Of a stretch of 64,000 nucleotides of DNA, positions 41,023-51,480 are shown one piece after another. Numbering within the stretch: position 1 is the stretch's first letter; each line of letters begins with the position of its first letter. Position numbers and translations under genes: made by a program. Under the pieces are notes generated by a model. It searched no databases. It saw only the letters and a program-made list of their open reading frames with translations, and was not told the DNA's origin. The DNA comes from Smithellaceae bacterium (lineage in GTDB: Bacteria > Desulfobacterota > Syntrophia > Syntrophales > Smithellaceae): the NCBI GenBank assembly GCA_963667845.2, contig CAXXVL010000002.1, forward strand, positions 960,001 to 1,024,000, read 5' to 3'.

Positions 41023-42453
41023 TTATTCTTTCTGTGCTGCGGGTTGGACCGTCGTTTCGGCTGTATCCGTCGTCCAGCCGCCGCCCATGGCCTTGTAAAG
41101 ATCAATCATCGCGTGAAACAGATTGCCGCGCGTCTGGATGTAATTCAATTCGATCGTGAAAAGATTGCGCTCCGCATCAAGGACTTCGAGGTTGCTGCTG
41201 TAGCCATTTTCATAACGCAGAACGGCCAGGCTCCGGTAGTTGCGCAGCGCCGTCAGCTGATTGAACAGGGCGTCGAGCTGGATTCTCGTCCGGTCCTGAG
41301 CCACCAGAGAATCCTCCACTTCCCGGAAGGCTGTCTGAATCGTCTTGACATAGGTAAGCAGAGCCTGTTTCTGGACCGCCTCGGATGCCTGCACCTTGCC
41401 CCAGGTGCGCCCCGCCGTAAAAATGGGAACCGTGACGTTGGCGCCCAGGTTCCAGACCTGGGCCGGTCCCGTAAACAGATCGGAGAGACTCGCACTTGCC
41501 TGCCCGAACGTTCCCGTCAGCGAAACGGATGGAAAGTAAGCCGCTTTGGCGACGCCGATTTTGGCATTGGCCGAAATCAAATCCTGCTCGGACTGCCGGA
41601 TGTCGGGGCGCCGCTCCAGGAGGTCGGACGGCAGTCCTGCCGGAACGACGGGAAATCGCAACTGATCAATCGTCATTCCCCGGATAACCGGACCCGGATT
41701 ACGCCCTAGAAGCAGACTCAGGGCATTCTCCTGCTGCGCGATGCTCTTCTCGATCTGGGGAATCGTAGCGCGCGTGCTCTCGTATTCGGAACGGATCTGG
41801 CTCAACTCCATCTCCGAGATGACGCCGGCGGCATAGCGGAGCTTATAAATTTCCAGAGAGTCCTCACGGGTTTTGAGCGTTTCCCGCGCGATGGCCAGCT
41901 GCCGGTCGAAATCGCGGAGGTCGATGTAGGCACCCGCAACCGACGCCGCGAGAGAAAGAAGGACGGCGCGATGGGCGTACTCCCGGGAAAGGAGATCCGC
42001 TCGGGCGGCTTCATTGGAACGGCGCAGTTTTCCCCAAAAATCAATTTCCCAACTCGCATTGAAAACGGCCTGGTAACTGGCATAGGGATTGTCCAGGCCG
42101 GCGGGCCACGGCGTGGCTCCTGCTTCCGTAACCTGCTGTTTTGCGGCCGATCCGCTTCCCTGTACATAGGGGAAGAGTTCGCCGCGGGTGGCCACATAGC
42201 GGCCGCTGTATTCCTCGATCCGGGCCGCGGCGATGAGGACATCTTTGTTTTCCCGCAGAGCCGTTTCCATCAGTCCGTTCAGGACCGGATCGCCCAACTG
42301 TTCCCACCAGCGCATATCGACCAGCGTCTGCGCTTCCTTGTCCTCCATGCGCCATTTTACAGGCGTCAGGGTGTCCGGTCGCCGGTAATCGGGACCGACG
42401 GTGCAGGCGATCAAAAGGAGTGTGACGGTGAAGATGAGGATTTTCCTGATCAC
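41023..42453 (-). CDS. RND efflux outer membrane lipoprotein (OprM/NodT family)
   Basis: Lipobox LIAC-TVGPDY, WEIDFWGK, LPSDLLERRPD, LYKAMGGGW. Confidence 0.93.
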   Translation of the reverse strand: MIRKILIFTVTLLLIACTVGPDYRRPDTLTPVKWRMEDKEAQTLVDMRWWEQLGDPVLNGLMETALRENKDVLIAAARIEEYSGRYVATRGELFPYVQGSGSAAKQQVTEAGATPWPAGLDNPYASYQAVFNASWEIDFWGKLRRSNEAARADLLSREYAHRAVLLSLAASVAGAYIDLRDFDRQLAIARETLKTREDSLEIYKLRYAAGVISEMELSQIRSEYESTRATIPQIEKSIAQQENALSLLLGRNPGPVIRGMTIDQLRFPVVPAGLPSDLLERRPDIRQSEQDLISANAKIGVAKAAYFPSVSLTGTFGQASASLSDLFTGPAQVWNLGANVTVPIFTAGRTWGKVQASEAVQKQALLTYVKTIQTAFREVEDSLVAQDRTRIQLDALFNQLTALRNYRSLAVLRYENGYSSNLEVLDAERNLFTIELNYIQTRGNLFHAMIDLYKAMGGGWTTDTAETTVQPAAQKE

Positions 42454-42454
42454 G

Positions 42455-45400
42455 TTAAGCTTCCTCCTTTTCCCGGTTTTTGTCTGCTGATGCCGTCTCG
42501 CTGTCTTGCGCCGTTTTGCCGCCCGATCCCCTGAGGCGCTCGGTCAGTTTTTCCAAAAGGAAATAAAACAGGGGAATGAAGAAGATGGCGATCAACGTCG
42601 CGCCCAGCATCCCGCCGATAACGCCTGTACCGATGGAGTGGCGGCTGTTGGCGGAGGCGCCGCTGGCGAGGGCCAGGGGGACGCAGCCGAGGATGAAGGC
42701 AAGCGAGGTCATGACAATGGGCCGCAGGCGCAGGGTCGATGCCTGGAGGGCCGCATCGATGGCGCTTAATCCCTCTTTGCGCTTCAGAACGGCAAACTCG
42801 ATGATAAGGATGGCGTTCTTTGCAGCGAGCGCAATGAGAGTGATGAGGCCGATCTGAAAATAAATGTCGTTCTCCTGGCCGCGCAGCCAGATCGCGACCA
42901 GCGCGCCGAAGACGGCAAAGGGCACCGCCAGCAGGACGCTCAGGGGCAGCGACCATTTTTCATACTGGGCGGCCAGAATGAGAAATACCATGATCAGACC
43001 GAAAACGAAGACGACCGCCGATGTTCCGCCCGATTTCTTCTCTTCAAAGGATTCTCCGCTCCACGCATAGGAAAAATCATCGGGGAGGACTTCTTTGGCA
43101 ACTTTTTCCATGGCGGTAATCGCTTCCCCGGAGCTGAAGCCGGGGGCGGCGCCGCCGATAATTTTGGCGGCGGGGAAATTATTGAACCGTGCGACGATAT
43201 CCGGGCCGGTCACATACTTCTTCGTGATCAGGGCTTTGAGTGGAACCATGCTGCCGCTTCTGGACCGGACGTAAATCTGGTCCAGATCGCCCGGACGGGA
43301 ACGGTATTCCGGCTCTGCCTGGAGGATCACCTGCCACAGCCGGCTGAATTTGGTGAATTGGCTGACATAAGAAGAACCAAAGAGGATCTGGAGAGTGTTG
43401 TACACATCTTCCACGGGGACGCCCAGATTCTCGGATTTTTCCCGGTCCACGTCCACCATGAGCTGCTGGGAATGGGCATTCAGCATGGTCGCGACCCCCT
43501 GCAGCTCCCGCTGCTTTTTCGCCCGGCCAATAAAGTCCTTCGTGACGGCATCGAGTTTGGCGATGTCGCCGGAACCGCGGTTCTGGATCCAGAATTCAAA
43601 TCCGGCGGTGGTTCCCAGCCCGGGAATGGACGGGGGATTAACGGGTTTGACAATACCCTCCCTGAGACCCAGGCAGGCCGCGGATGTCTCGGCGATAACC
43701 GCCGGCGCCTGGAGGGCTTTTGATTTGCGCTCCTCGTAATCTTTCAGGGCAATGAAGATAGCCCCTGCATTGGTTTTCAACTGACCGTCCAGGAAGCTGA
43801 AGCCGTCTACCTCCAGCGTGTTCTCCACGGCCGGATGGGCGGCAAAAATTGCTCTCGCCTTTTGATTCAGGTCCTGAGTGCGATCCAGACTGGCCGCGTC
43901 GGGCATGAAGGTGACACCGATGACGTAGCCCTGGTCTTCCGGGGGAACGAAACTGCCGGGAATGTGCTTAAACAGGCCGACGGCGCAGACGATCAGGATA
44001 GCGAAGATGCAAAGGGCCACGGCAGTGCGCCTGATCAAAAGCTGAACACCCCGCGAGTAGCCGTCCGTCAGGCTGGCAAATTTCGCATCGAACTGCCTGA
44101 AGAACCAGTTTTTCTGCCCGTGCCGGGGTTTGAGGAGCAGGGCCGCCAGCGCGGGCGACAAGGTCAGAGCGACAATCCCGGAAAAGATGACGGAAATGGC
44201 GATGGTAATGGCGAACTGTTTATAGAGCTGTCCGGTGATGCCGCCCAGGAACGCGACCGGGATAAAAACGGCGCACAGCACCAGGACAATGGCGACAATA
44301 GGGCCCGTCACTTCCCCCATGGCTTTCTTGGCGGCGTCCCTCGGAGACAGGTTGAATTCCGTCATGTTGCGCTCCACATTTTCGATGACGACAATGGCAT
44401 CGTCAACGACGATGCCGATGGCGAGAACCATACCGAAGAGCGTGAGCATATTGATGGAAAAGCCGAAGAGGGTCATCCCGGTGAAAGTTCCGATAATGGA
44501 GACGGGAATGGCCAGGATGGGGATGACTGTGGCCCGGATGCTCTGGAGGAATAAAAAGACCACGAGAATGACGAGGAGGCAGGCTTCAAAGAACGTGATG
44601 ATGACTTCCTTGATGGAGGCCCGGACAAAATTTGTCGTGTCCATGGCAATCTTGTAATCAATCCCGTCGGGGAAACTCGTTTTCAATTCCTTCAGGGTTC
44701 TTTTCACCTCATCCGAGACGTCGAGGGCATTGGCGCCCGCTTGCTGAAAAACTGCGATAGCCGTCGACGGCTTTCCGTTCAGACGGCAGCGCAGACCATA
44801 GTCTTTGGAACCCAGTTCCGCGCGGGCCACATCTTTCAGCCGGACGACCGCAGCGCCTTCCTTGTTTGTCCTGAGGATGATGTTCTCGAATTCGGCAGGC
44901 TCCAGAAGTCGCCCTTTTGTCGTGACGGCGAAAGTCTGCTCGACCCGGCCTTTTGTAGGCGCCTGACCGATCGTGCCGACGGCGAATTGCTGGTTCTGAT
45001 TTCTGATGGCATTCGCGACATCGGAGGCGGTGATGCCGAGCCCGATCAGCCGATCCGGTTTCAGCCAGATGCGCATGGCGTAGTCGGGCGATCCCAGGAT
45101 GGCAGCCTCACTCGCCCCGGGAATGCGTTTGATGGCGTCCAGAACATAGAGATTGGCGTAATTGGCGACATACCGGTCGTCATAGCGGTCGTTGGGTGAG
45201 TAAATGCCGATGATCATGAGGAAGCTCGACGATTTTTTACTGACCGAGACGCCCTGCTGCTGGACCGACTGGGGGAGCTGGGGCAGGGCCTTGTTGACAC
45301 GGTTCTGGACGTCCACCTGGGCCAGATCCGGATTGGTGCCGATGTTGAAAAAGACGTTCAGGTTCATCATGCCGGTACTGGAGCTGGAGGAGGCCATGTA

Positions 45401-45631
45401 GATCATGTTGTCGGCCCCGTTGACCTGCAGCTCGATAGGGGCGGCAATGTTCTGAGAGATGACGTCGGCGCTGGCGCCCGGATAAACAGCGGACACGGTG
45501 ACAACGGGAGGCGTGATGGCCGGATACTGGGCGATGGGCAGGTTCTTCATGGCCACCAGCCCGGCGATGACGATGACGATGGAAATGACGCATGCAAAAA
45601 TCGGCCGGTCGATGAAAAAATGGGAGAGCAT
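42455..45631 (-). CDS. HAE1 RND efflux permease (AcrB/MexB-like)
   Basis: FFIDRPIFA, AIGIVVDDAIVVIENVER, AAKNAILIIEFA, RLRPIVMTSLAF. Confidence 0.96.
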   Translation of the reverse strand: MLSHFFIDRPIFACVISIVIVIAGLVAMKNLPIAQYPAITPPVVTVSAVYPGASADVISQNIAAPIELQVNGADNMIYMASSSSSTGMMNLNVFFNIGTNPDLAQVDVQNRVNKALPQLPQSVQQQGVSVSKKSSSFLMIIGIYSPNDRYDDRYVANYANLYVLDAIKRIPGASEAAILGSPDYAMRIWLKPDRLIGLGITASDVANAIRNQNQQFAVGTIGQAPTKGRVEQTFAVTTKGRLLEPAEFENIILRTNKEGAAVVRLKDVARAELGSKDYGLRCRLNGKPSTAIAVFQQAGANALDVSDEVKRTLKELKTSFPDGIDYKIAMDTTNFVRASIKEVIITFFEACLLVILVVFLFLQSIRATVIPILAIPVSIIGTFTGMTLFGFSINMLTLFGMVLAIGIVVDDAIVVIENVERNMTEFNLSPRDAAKKAMGEVTGPIVAIVLVLCAVFIPVAFLGGITGQLYKQFAITIAISVIFSGIVALTLSPALAALLLKPRHGQKNWFFRQFDAKFASLTDGYSRGVQLLIRRTAVALCIFAILIVCAVGLFKHIPGSFVPPEDQGYVIGVTFMPDAASLDRTQDLNQKARAIFAAHPAVENTLEVDGFSFLDGQLKTNAGAIFIALKDYEERKSKALQAPAVIAETSAACLGLREGIVKPVNPPSIPGLGTTAGFEFWIQNRGSGDIAKLDAVTKDFIGRAKKQRELQGVATMLNAHSQQLMVDVDREKSENLGVPVEDVYNTLQILFGSSYVSQFTKFSRLWQVILQAEPEYRSRPGDLDQIYVRSRSGSMVPLKALITKKYVTGPDIVARFNNFPAAKIIGGAAPGFSSGEAITAMEKVAKEVLPDDFSYAWSGESFEEKKSGGTSAVVFVFGLIMVFLILAAQYEKWSLPLSVLLAVPFAVFGALVAIWLRGQENDIYFQIGLITLIALAAKNAILIIEFAVLKRKEGLSAIDAALQASTLRLRPIVMTSLAFILGCVPLALASGASANSRHSIGTGVIGGMLGATLIAIFFIPLFYFLLEKLTERLRGSGGKTAQDSETASADKNREKEEA

Positions 45632-45643
45632 CGGTTGCCTCCC

Positions 45644-46873
45644 TTACTTCTTCGCCGGTGACGCCGGCGATCGCTGATTCTGCGCGGGCAAGGCCCGCTT
45701 GGCAGCCGCGGGTGCTTCGGAAATCTTTACGGGCGCCCCCGGCGACATTTTGAGCAGATTGTCCAGAATGATGCGGTCACCGGCGGCAAGGCCGCTGTCG
45801 ATGAACACATTATTCCCCTGCCAGTCTCCAACCCCAACGGCGCGGAATTGGGCCTTCCCGTCGGGGCCTGCAATCCAGACAAAGAACCCCTGGGCGCCCT
45901 GACTGACGGCGGTCCTGGGGATCAGAATGCCGTTGGGGCGGATGCCCCCTTTCAGGTGCACGCGCACGAATTGGCCGGGCCTGAGGACTTTGGAGGAACG
46001 AACGGGATTGGGAATCTCCGCCCGAACCTGGTAGGTGCCCGTCTCGGAACTGAAGGAGGGATCGGCGAAGTTGAGCCGGCCCTTGTGGGGGAAGACAGAC
46101 CCATCCGCCATGTGGACTTCAACTTCGAAAGACTGACCCTTCGGCATAATGAACAGTCGTTTGGCCAGGCGGTCATTAAGCGTGAGGTTTTCATTTTCTG
46201 AAATACTGAAATCGACCCAGATCGGATCAATTTTGGCGACGTAAGTGAGCAGGCCGTCCTGGCCTGCGGAAATGTAACTTCCTTCCTGCTTTTTCGTACG
46301 TCCGGCCAATCCGTCGACGGGGGATGTGATCCGGGTATAGCTGAGTTTCAGTTCCGCATCCTGGACGCTTCCCTGGGCGGAAAACACGGCGGCCCGGGCG
46401 GTCTTTTCCTGGCTGATGGCGTCGTCCAGATCTTTTTGGCTGACGGCGTTTTTCGCCGCGAGCGGACGGACCCGCTTGAGCGTGGCTTCGGCATTGATCA
46501 GTTTGGCCTCCTGCTGGGCCAGTGCGCCTCTGGCCTGCTGGAGAGATGCTTCAAAAGGGCGGCGGTCGATCTGGAACATGGTTTGCCCGGCCCGAACCCG
46601 TCCACCCTCTTCATAGGTTATCTTTTCCAGGAAGCCCTCGACGCGGGAGCGGATTTCGACCTGATGGGAGCTTTCGGTTGTGCCGACAAACTCGATATCG
46701 ATGGGAACATCACGCGGCGTCACCGTCACGACCGCAACCGGGATGGGGCCGCGCGGGGGCGCTGCCTTCTTAGAGTCACCGCACGCCGCAAGAGCGATCG
46801 AGATCAGAGAAATAACGCATAATACAACGGCGATACGAAAAGATGTCCGGCAAAGACGTCTTGTGCAGCTCAT
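45644..46873 (-). CDS. RND membrane fusion protein (AcrA-like)
   Basis: GGAGGTG RBS before ATG 46873, lipobox LAAC, VEIRSRVEG, LSYTRITSPVDG, LRPGQFV. Confidence 0.92.
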   Translation of the reverse strand: MSCTRRLCRTSFRIAVVLCVISLISIALAACGDSKKAAPPRGPIPVAVVTVTPRDVPIDIEFVGTTESSHQVEIRSRVEGFLEKITYEEGGRVRAGQTMFQIDRRPFEASLQQARGALAQQEAKLINAEATLKRVRPLAAKNAVSQKDLDDAISQEKTARAAVFSAQGSVQDAELKLSYTRITSPVDGLAGRTKKQEGSYISAGQDGLLTYVAKIDPIWVDFSISENENLTLNDRLAKRLFIMPKGQSFEVEVHMADGSVFPHKGRLNFADPSFSSETGTYQVRAEIPNPVRSSKVLRPGQFVRVHLKGGIRPNGILIPRTAVSQGAQGFFVWIAGPDGKAQFRAVGVGDWQGNNVFIDSGLAAGDRIILDNLLKMSPGAPVKISEAPAAAKRALPAQNQRSPASPAKK

Positions 46874-47045
46874 GAAAACAGCACCTCCATCAATATTATT
46901 GATATTCCGGGAAACATCATACCCGTTATCAAAGACAATTGCCAGGGACGCATTCCCGTTTGTCCATATTAATTTCCCGCCGGCGTTTCCGTATTGAGAC
47001 CTATGCGGAAGCATCTCAAAATTTCGCGATTGTGCATCCTTTGGT

Positions 47046-47912
47046 TTATGGAACTGCCTTTGCCGCATGATAGGAACTGCGCACCAGAGGGCCGGATTCC
47101 ACATATTGGAACCCTCTTGCATAGGCGCTCTCCCGAAGTCGGGCAAATTCATCCGGATGATAATATTTCACGACCGGCCAGTGTTTGAGCGACGGCTGCT
47201 GATACTGCCCGATAGTCAGGCGCGCGCAGGATACCGCCGCGAGATCATCCAGCAGCCGCAGGATGTCGTTTTTTGTTTCGCCGAAGCCGATCATGAAACC
47301 GCTTTTAGAAATAGCCGGTGTCGCCGCGACTCTCGACAGGAGCTCAAGTGAAAGTTTGTAATTGCCCTGCGGACGCAATCTCGGGAAGAGCGATTCTACG
47401 GCTTCCATATTGTGGTTGATCACATCGGGACTCGCGGCGATGACTTCGTCCAGTGCTTGGGCCTTGCCCTGAAAATCCGGGATCAAAACTTCGATTTTAC
47501 AGCCCGGAACAGCCGAGCGAAGCTGCAAAACGCTGTCGGCAAACATCCGCGCTCCGCCATCGGGTAAGTCATCACGTGTTACGGATGTCATGACGACGTA
47601 CTTCAGCCTCATCTGCAAAACGGCGGCAATCAAATGATGAATCTCGCCGGTATCTATTTCTTGCGGGACACCTTGCGCAACATTGCAATAAAGGCAATGG
47701 CGCGTGCAGATTTTGCCGAGGATTAAAAAAGTGGCGGTGCCGCTCTCGAAACATTCCGCTATATTCGGGCAGGCGGCCTCCTGACAGACGGTATGCAATT
47801 GAAGACCCGCAAGAGTGGACCGGATTTGACGGCATCCGTCAGCGTAAGGCGGCCGCACTTTGAGCCAGGACGGTTTGCGCAGAAGCTGTGATCTGGATTG
47901 GTTATTGATCAT
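47046..47912 (-). CDS. lipA: Lipoyl synthase
   Basis: CQEAACPNIAEC, CTRHCLYC, C-terminal RSSY. Confidence 0.95.
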   Translation of the reverse strand: MINNQSRSQLLRKPSWLKVRPPYADGCRQIRSTLAGLQLHTVCQEAACPNIAECFESGTATFLILGKICTRHCLYCNVAQGVPQEIDTGEIHHLIAAVLQMRLKYVVMTSVTRDDLPDGGARMFADSVLQLRSAVPGCKIEVLIPDFQGKAQALDEVIAASPDVINHNMEAVESLFPRLRPQGNYKLSLELLSRVAATPAISKSGFMIGFGETKNDILRLLDDLAAVSCARLTIGQYQQPSLKHWPVVKYYHPDEFARLRESAYARGFQYVESGPLVRSSYHAAKAVP

Positions 47913-48016
47913 GAGGATAGCCAGCGAAATTTTTAGGGAGCGGTTTCATTACCCGGCCTTCGACGGCCAAACAATCGCCCGCTCACGCGCAAGGTCACGA
48001 GACCCTTTCCAGCCGT

Positions 48017-49459
48017 TTACGGTTTCTTCCAGGCGACGTCGGGTTTGCGGGCAGCCAGCACTTCATCCAGACGGCTCACGGGAGTTGAAAGAGGTGCGTC
48101 TTTCACCCGGCCGGGATTGTCTTTCGCCTCCTCCGCGATGGCGATCATGGCCTCACAGAAGGCATCCAGCGTTTCTTTGCTTTCGGTTTCCGTGGGCTCA
48201 ATCATGATGGCTTCCGGAACGATCAGCGGAAAATAAATGGTCGGCGGATGATAGCCGAAATCGATCAGGCGCTTGGCAATATCGGACGTATGGACGCCGC
48301 TCTGAGCAACCTGCCTCTGACCCGAGAAAACGCACTCATGCATGCAGATGCGGTCGTAGGGCAGATCGAAATAGGGTTTTAATTTTTCTTTGATATAATT
48401 GGCATTGAGCACGGCCATTTCCGTGCTGCGCGTGAGCCCTTCCGCGCCCAGCGACCGAATATACGTATAGGCTTTGACAATGACATTGAAATTTCCGCAG
48501 AAGGCGCGCACCCGGCCGATGCTCCGGGGGAAATTCGCAGACCAGTGATAACCCGAATCGTTCTTCACCATTCGGGGGATCGGGAGATAGTCGACCAGTC
48601 TGGCGCCGACGCCCACCGGACCGCTGCCGGGGCCGCCGCCGCCATGCGGCGTGGAAAAGGTCTTATGTAAATTGAGCTGAATGACGTCAAAACCCAGGTC
48701 ACCGGGCCTCGTTTTACCTAAGAAAGCGTTGGCATTGGCGCCGTCTCCGTAAAGCAGGCCGCCCTTGCCGTGGACGATCGCCGCCACTTTTTCGATATTG
48801 CGCTCGAAAAGGCCCAGTGTGTTGGGATTGGTGAGCATCAGCGCCGCAACATTTTCCGTCATCAGCGATTCCAGATGTTCAAGGTCAACGCCGCCGTCGG
48901 CGTTCGACCTGAGCGTCACTGTATCAAAACCGCACAGGGCGCCTGATGCCGGATTGGTTCCATGTGCCGCGTCGGGAATCAGAATAATGCTCCGCTTCTC
49001 ACCCTTAACCTCGAAATATTTCTTGATCATCATGACGCCGGTAAGCTCGCCGTGGGCGCCGGCCGCAGGCTGAAGCGTAAAATCAACCATGCCGAAAATG
49101 TCGCCGAGCAGCCGCTGCATGGAGAACATCAACTGCAGATTTCCCTGAGCAAATGCGTCCGGGACGTAGGGGTGCAGGCCGGTGAATTCGGGAAAGCCCG
49201 CTACATTCTCGTTGACTTTGGGATTGTATTTCATGGTGCAGGACCCCAGCGGGTAAAAGCCGAGATCAACACCGAAGTTCCGGCGTGACAAATTCGTATA
49301 ATGCCTTACCAGATCAAGCTCCGACACCTCCGGCAAATCCAGATCGTCGCGCAGATATTTTGGATCGATAAAAGAGGTGATATCCATTTCGGGGACATCG
49401 CTTACAGAGACACTGGCCGCTGAGCGTCCGGGTGTGCTTAATTCAAAAATAAGTTCCAT
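48017..49459 (-). CDS. gcvPB: Glycine dehydrogenase subunit 2
   Basis: [28 protein letters not shown]. Confidence 0.96.
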   Translation of the reverse strand: MELIFELSTPGRSAASVSVSDVPEMDITSFIDPKYLRDDLDLPEVSELDLVRHYTNLSRRNFGVDLGFYPLGSCTMKYNPKVNENVAGFPEFTGLHPYVPDAFAQGNLQLMFSMQRLLGDIFGMVDFTLQPAAGAHGELTGVMMIKKYFEVKGEKRSIILIPDAAHGTNPASGALCGFDTVTLRSNADGGVDLEHLESLMTENVAALMLTNPNTLGLFERNIEKVAAIVHGKGGLLYGDGANANAFLGKTRPGDLGFDVIQLNLHKTFSTPHGGGGPGSGPVGVGARLVDYLPIPRMVKNDSGYHWSANFPRSIGRVRAFCGNFNVIVKAYTYIRSLGAEGLTRSTEMAVLNANYIKEKLKPYFDLPYDRICMHECVFSGQRQVAQSGVHTSDIAKRLIDFGYHPPTIYFPLIVPEAIMIEPTETESKETLDAFCEAMIAIAEEAKDNPGRVKDAPLSTPVSRLDEVLAARKPDVAWKKP

Positions 49460-49479
49460 CTATGTTCCCCTGCTTTTTT

Positions 49480-49625
49480 GTCATTGCAAACGAAGTGAAG
49501 CAATCTCAGTGTCGTCGGATTGCCGTGCCTACCGGGGGGTTGCTACCCTAATGACCTGACCACCTGATGACCTGAAGGTCACACGAGGTGGCACGAGGTC
49601 ACACGAGGGCCCGCGTCGCAATGAC
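49480..49625. repeat. REP/RPE-like palindromic element with internal 10-bp tandem repeats
   Basis: Terminal inverted repeats GTCATTGC...GCAATGAC, internal GAAGCAATC/GGATTGCC, and AGGTCACACG-AGGTGGCACG-AGGTCACACG at 49576-49605. Confidence 0.65.
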
Positions 49626-49630
49626 TGATG

Positions 49631-50956
49631 CTATTTAATAATTTCGACGACCCGGTCCATGTCCTCTTTGGAGATCATCTCCGTGACGCAAAAAAGGAGC
49701 GCGCTTTTCAGTTCCGGGTAGTCTGCCGCTAACGCGTAGCCTCCGACAATGCCTTCCTTCTGCAATTTTTCATTTGCCGTCCGGGCGTCGGGACAAAGGA
49801 CAACGAACTCATTGTAGACCGGCGACGTGAATACCGCCTTCCAGCCGGGCAATTGCAGAAGTTTTGCCCGGAGATAATGCGTTTTATAAATGTTGAGCTT
49901 GGCGAGTTTGTGCAGATTCTTTCCGAGGGCCGCCAGGTAGACGCAGGCGGCAAGAGCGCAAAGCGCTTCGTTGGAACAGATGTTGGATGTGGCTTTTTCG
50001 CGGCGGATATGCTGTTCGCGCGTCTGGAGAGTCAGCACAAAGCCACGCTTGCCGTTTCTATCAACTGTCGCGCCGGCCAGCCGTCCCGGGATACGCCGCA
50101 GAAATTTTTCTCGCGCCGCGAAGATCCCCAGGTATGGGCCGCCGAAGTTTAGCGCATTGCCGAAACTCTGCCCTTCTCCAACGACAAAATCCGCGCCGCA
50201 GGCGCCGGCGGGTTTCAAAATACCCAGTGCTGTTCCATCGGTAAAGCCGGCAATGAGTAGGGCTCCTTTTTGATGCACGGCATCGGCAACCGGTCCGATG
50301 TCTTCGATGCAGCCGAAAAAATTCGGGCTCTGGACGATGACCGCCGCAACGCTATCATCGAGATGATTTTCCAGAGTCGCCATATCCAACTGGCCGGACG
50401 GGGCATAGGGGATTTCAATGATGGAGTATCCATTAGCCCAGGCATAGGTTTGCAGAACACGCCGGTATTCCGGATGCACGGACCGGGCAATCAGTATCCT
50501 GGTACGGTCCGACATTTTGCAGCACAGAACCGCTGCCTCCGCCATGGCTGAAGAGCCGTCATACATGGAGGCGTTGGCAATTTCCGTCCCCGTCAGATGA
50601 GCGATCATCGTCTGGTATTCATAAATGGCCTGCAGGATACCCTGGCTGATTTCCGCCTGATAGGGCGTATACGCAGTGTAAAACTCGGCTCGCCCGACAA
50701 TATGGCCGACCACCGCGGGAATGAAATGCGCGTAAGCGCCGGCACCGGTCAATGTCAGCTGCGGTATCCGGTTTCTTTTGCCGATCGCCGACAGAAGTGC
50801 CAAGGCTTCCTGTTCAGATAGGCCGGGCGGAATGTCCGGCATTTTCTGCAACTGATACTTTTTCGGGATATCGGCAAACAGTTCGTTAATGCTCCCTATG
50901 CCGATCGCTTGCTGCATCTGCGCAATATCGTCAGGAGTGTGGGGGCAGTAATCCAT
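49631..50956 (-). CDS. gcvPA: Glycine dehydrogenase subunit 1
   Basis: EFYTAYTPYQAEISQG, REQHIRREKATSNICSN. Confidence 0.96.
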   Translation of the reverse strand: MDYCPHTPDDIAQMQQAIGIGSINELFADIPKKYQLQKMPDIPPGLSEQEALALLSAIGKRNRIPQLTLTGAGAYAHFIPAVVGHIVGRAEFYTAYTPYQAEISQGILQAIYEYQTMIAHLTGTEIANASMYDGSSAMAEAAVLCCKMSDRTRILIARSVHPEYRRVLQTYAWANGYSIIEIPYAPSGQLDMATLENHLDDSVAAVIVQSPNFFGCIEDIGPVADAVHQKGALLIAGFTDGTALGILKPAGACGADFVVGEGQSFGNALNFGGPYLGIFAAREKFLRRIPGRLAGATVDRNGKRGFVLTLQTREQHIRREKATSNICSNEALCALAACVYLAALGKNLHKLAKLNIYKTHYLRAKLLQLPGWKAVFTSPVYNEFVVLCPDARTANEKLQKEGIVGGYALAADYPELKSALLFCVTEMISKEDMDRVVEIIK

Positions 50957-50958
50957 AA

Positions 50959-51357
50959 TCAGTGTTTTTCCTCTTTGATCAGCGCGTCATAGCCGGCAGC
51001 GCTCAGAAGCGACTGGAGTTCCACGGCATCGGCCAGTTTCAATTTCGCGATCCAGCCGTCGCCGAATGCATCCGAATTAATTAAATCAGGCGCGTTCTCG
51101 AGGGCGGTGTTGACATCGATGACCTCGCCGCTGACCGGTGCATAGACATCGGATACGGATTTAACGGATTCGACGACCGCGACGGATTCGCCCTTCGCAA
51201 CTTTTTTGCCGACGGGGGGCAGCTCCACAAACACAATATCCGTCAGCATTTCCTGAGCGTAATCGGTAATGCCTATTATTGCCGTCCCGTCGCCCTGGTT
51301 TTTCACCCATTCATGATCTTTGGAATACAATCTGTCGGTTGGGTTTGATTTGGACAT
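50959..51357 (-). CDS. gcvH: Glycine cleavage H protein
   Basis: YSKDHEW, GITDYAQ, lipoyl site VESVKSVSD. Confidence 0.96.
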   Translation of the reverse strand: MSKSNPTDRLYSKDHEWVKNQGDGTAIIGITDYAQEMLTDIVFVELPPVGKKVAKGESVAVVESVKSVSDVYAPVSGEVIDVNTALENAPDLINSDAFGDGWIAKLKLADAVELQSLLSAAGYDALIKEEKH

Positions 51358-51480
51358 CACCATTCTCCTTTGCGGATCATTTTGGATTATATAAATGTCC
51401 GGCGCATGTGATCTACGGATTGTGCCGGGCCCAGCAGCCTTTATTGTTGTCGTCCGTAAACTTATTTCCTTCGCAATTAA

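Noticed and set aside
46874..47152. N-terminal extension of the membrane fusion protein in the ORF track
   Set aside because: It overlaps lipA; the RBS and signal/lipobox support a start at 46873.
47978..47989. 12-bp match CCCGCTCACGCG to the 786..883 repeat
   Set aside because: Too short to distinguish from chance, and the flanks do not align.
49551..49610. Mini CRISPR array
   Set aside because: Units are only 10 bp with no spacers, and there are no cas genes in the window.
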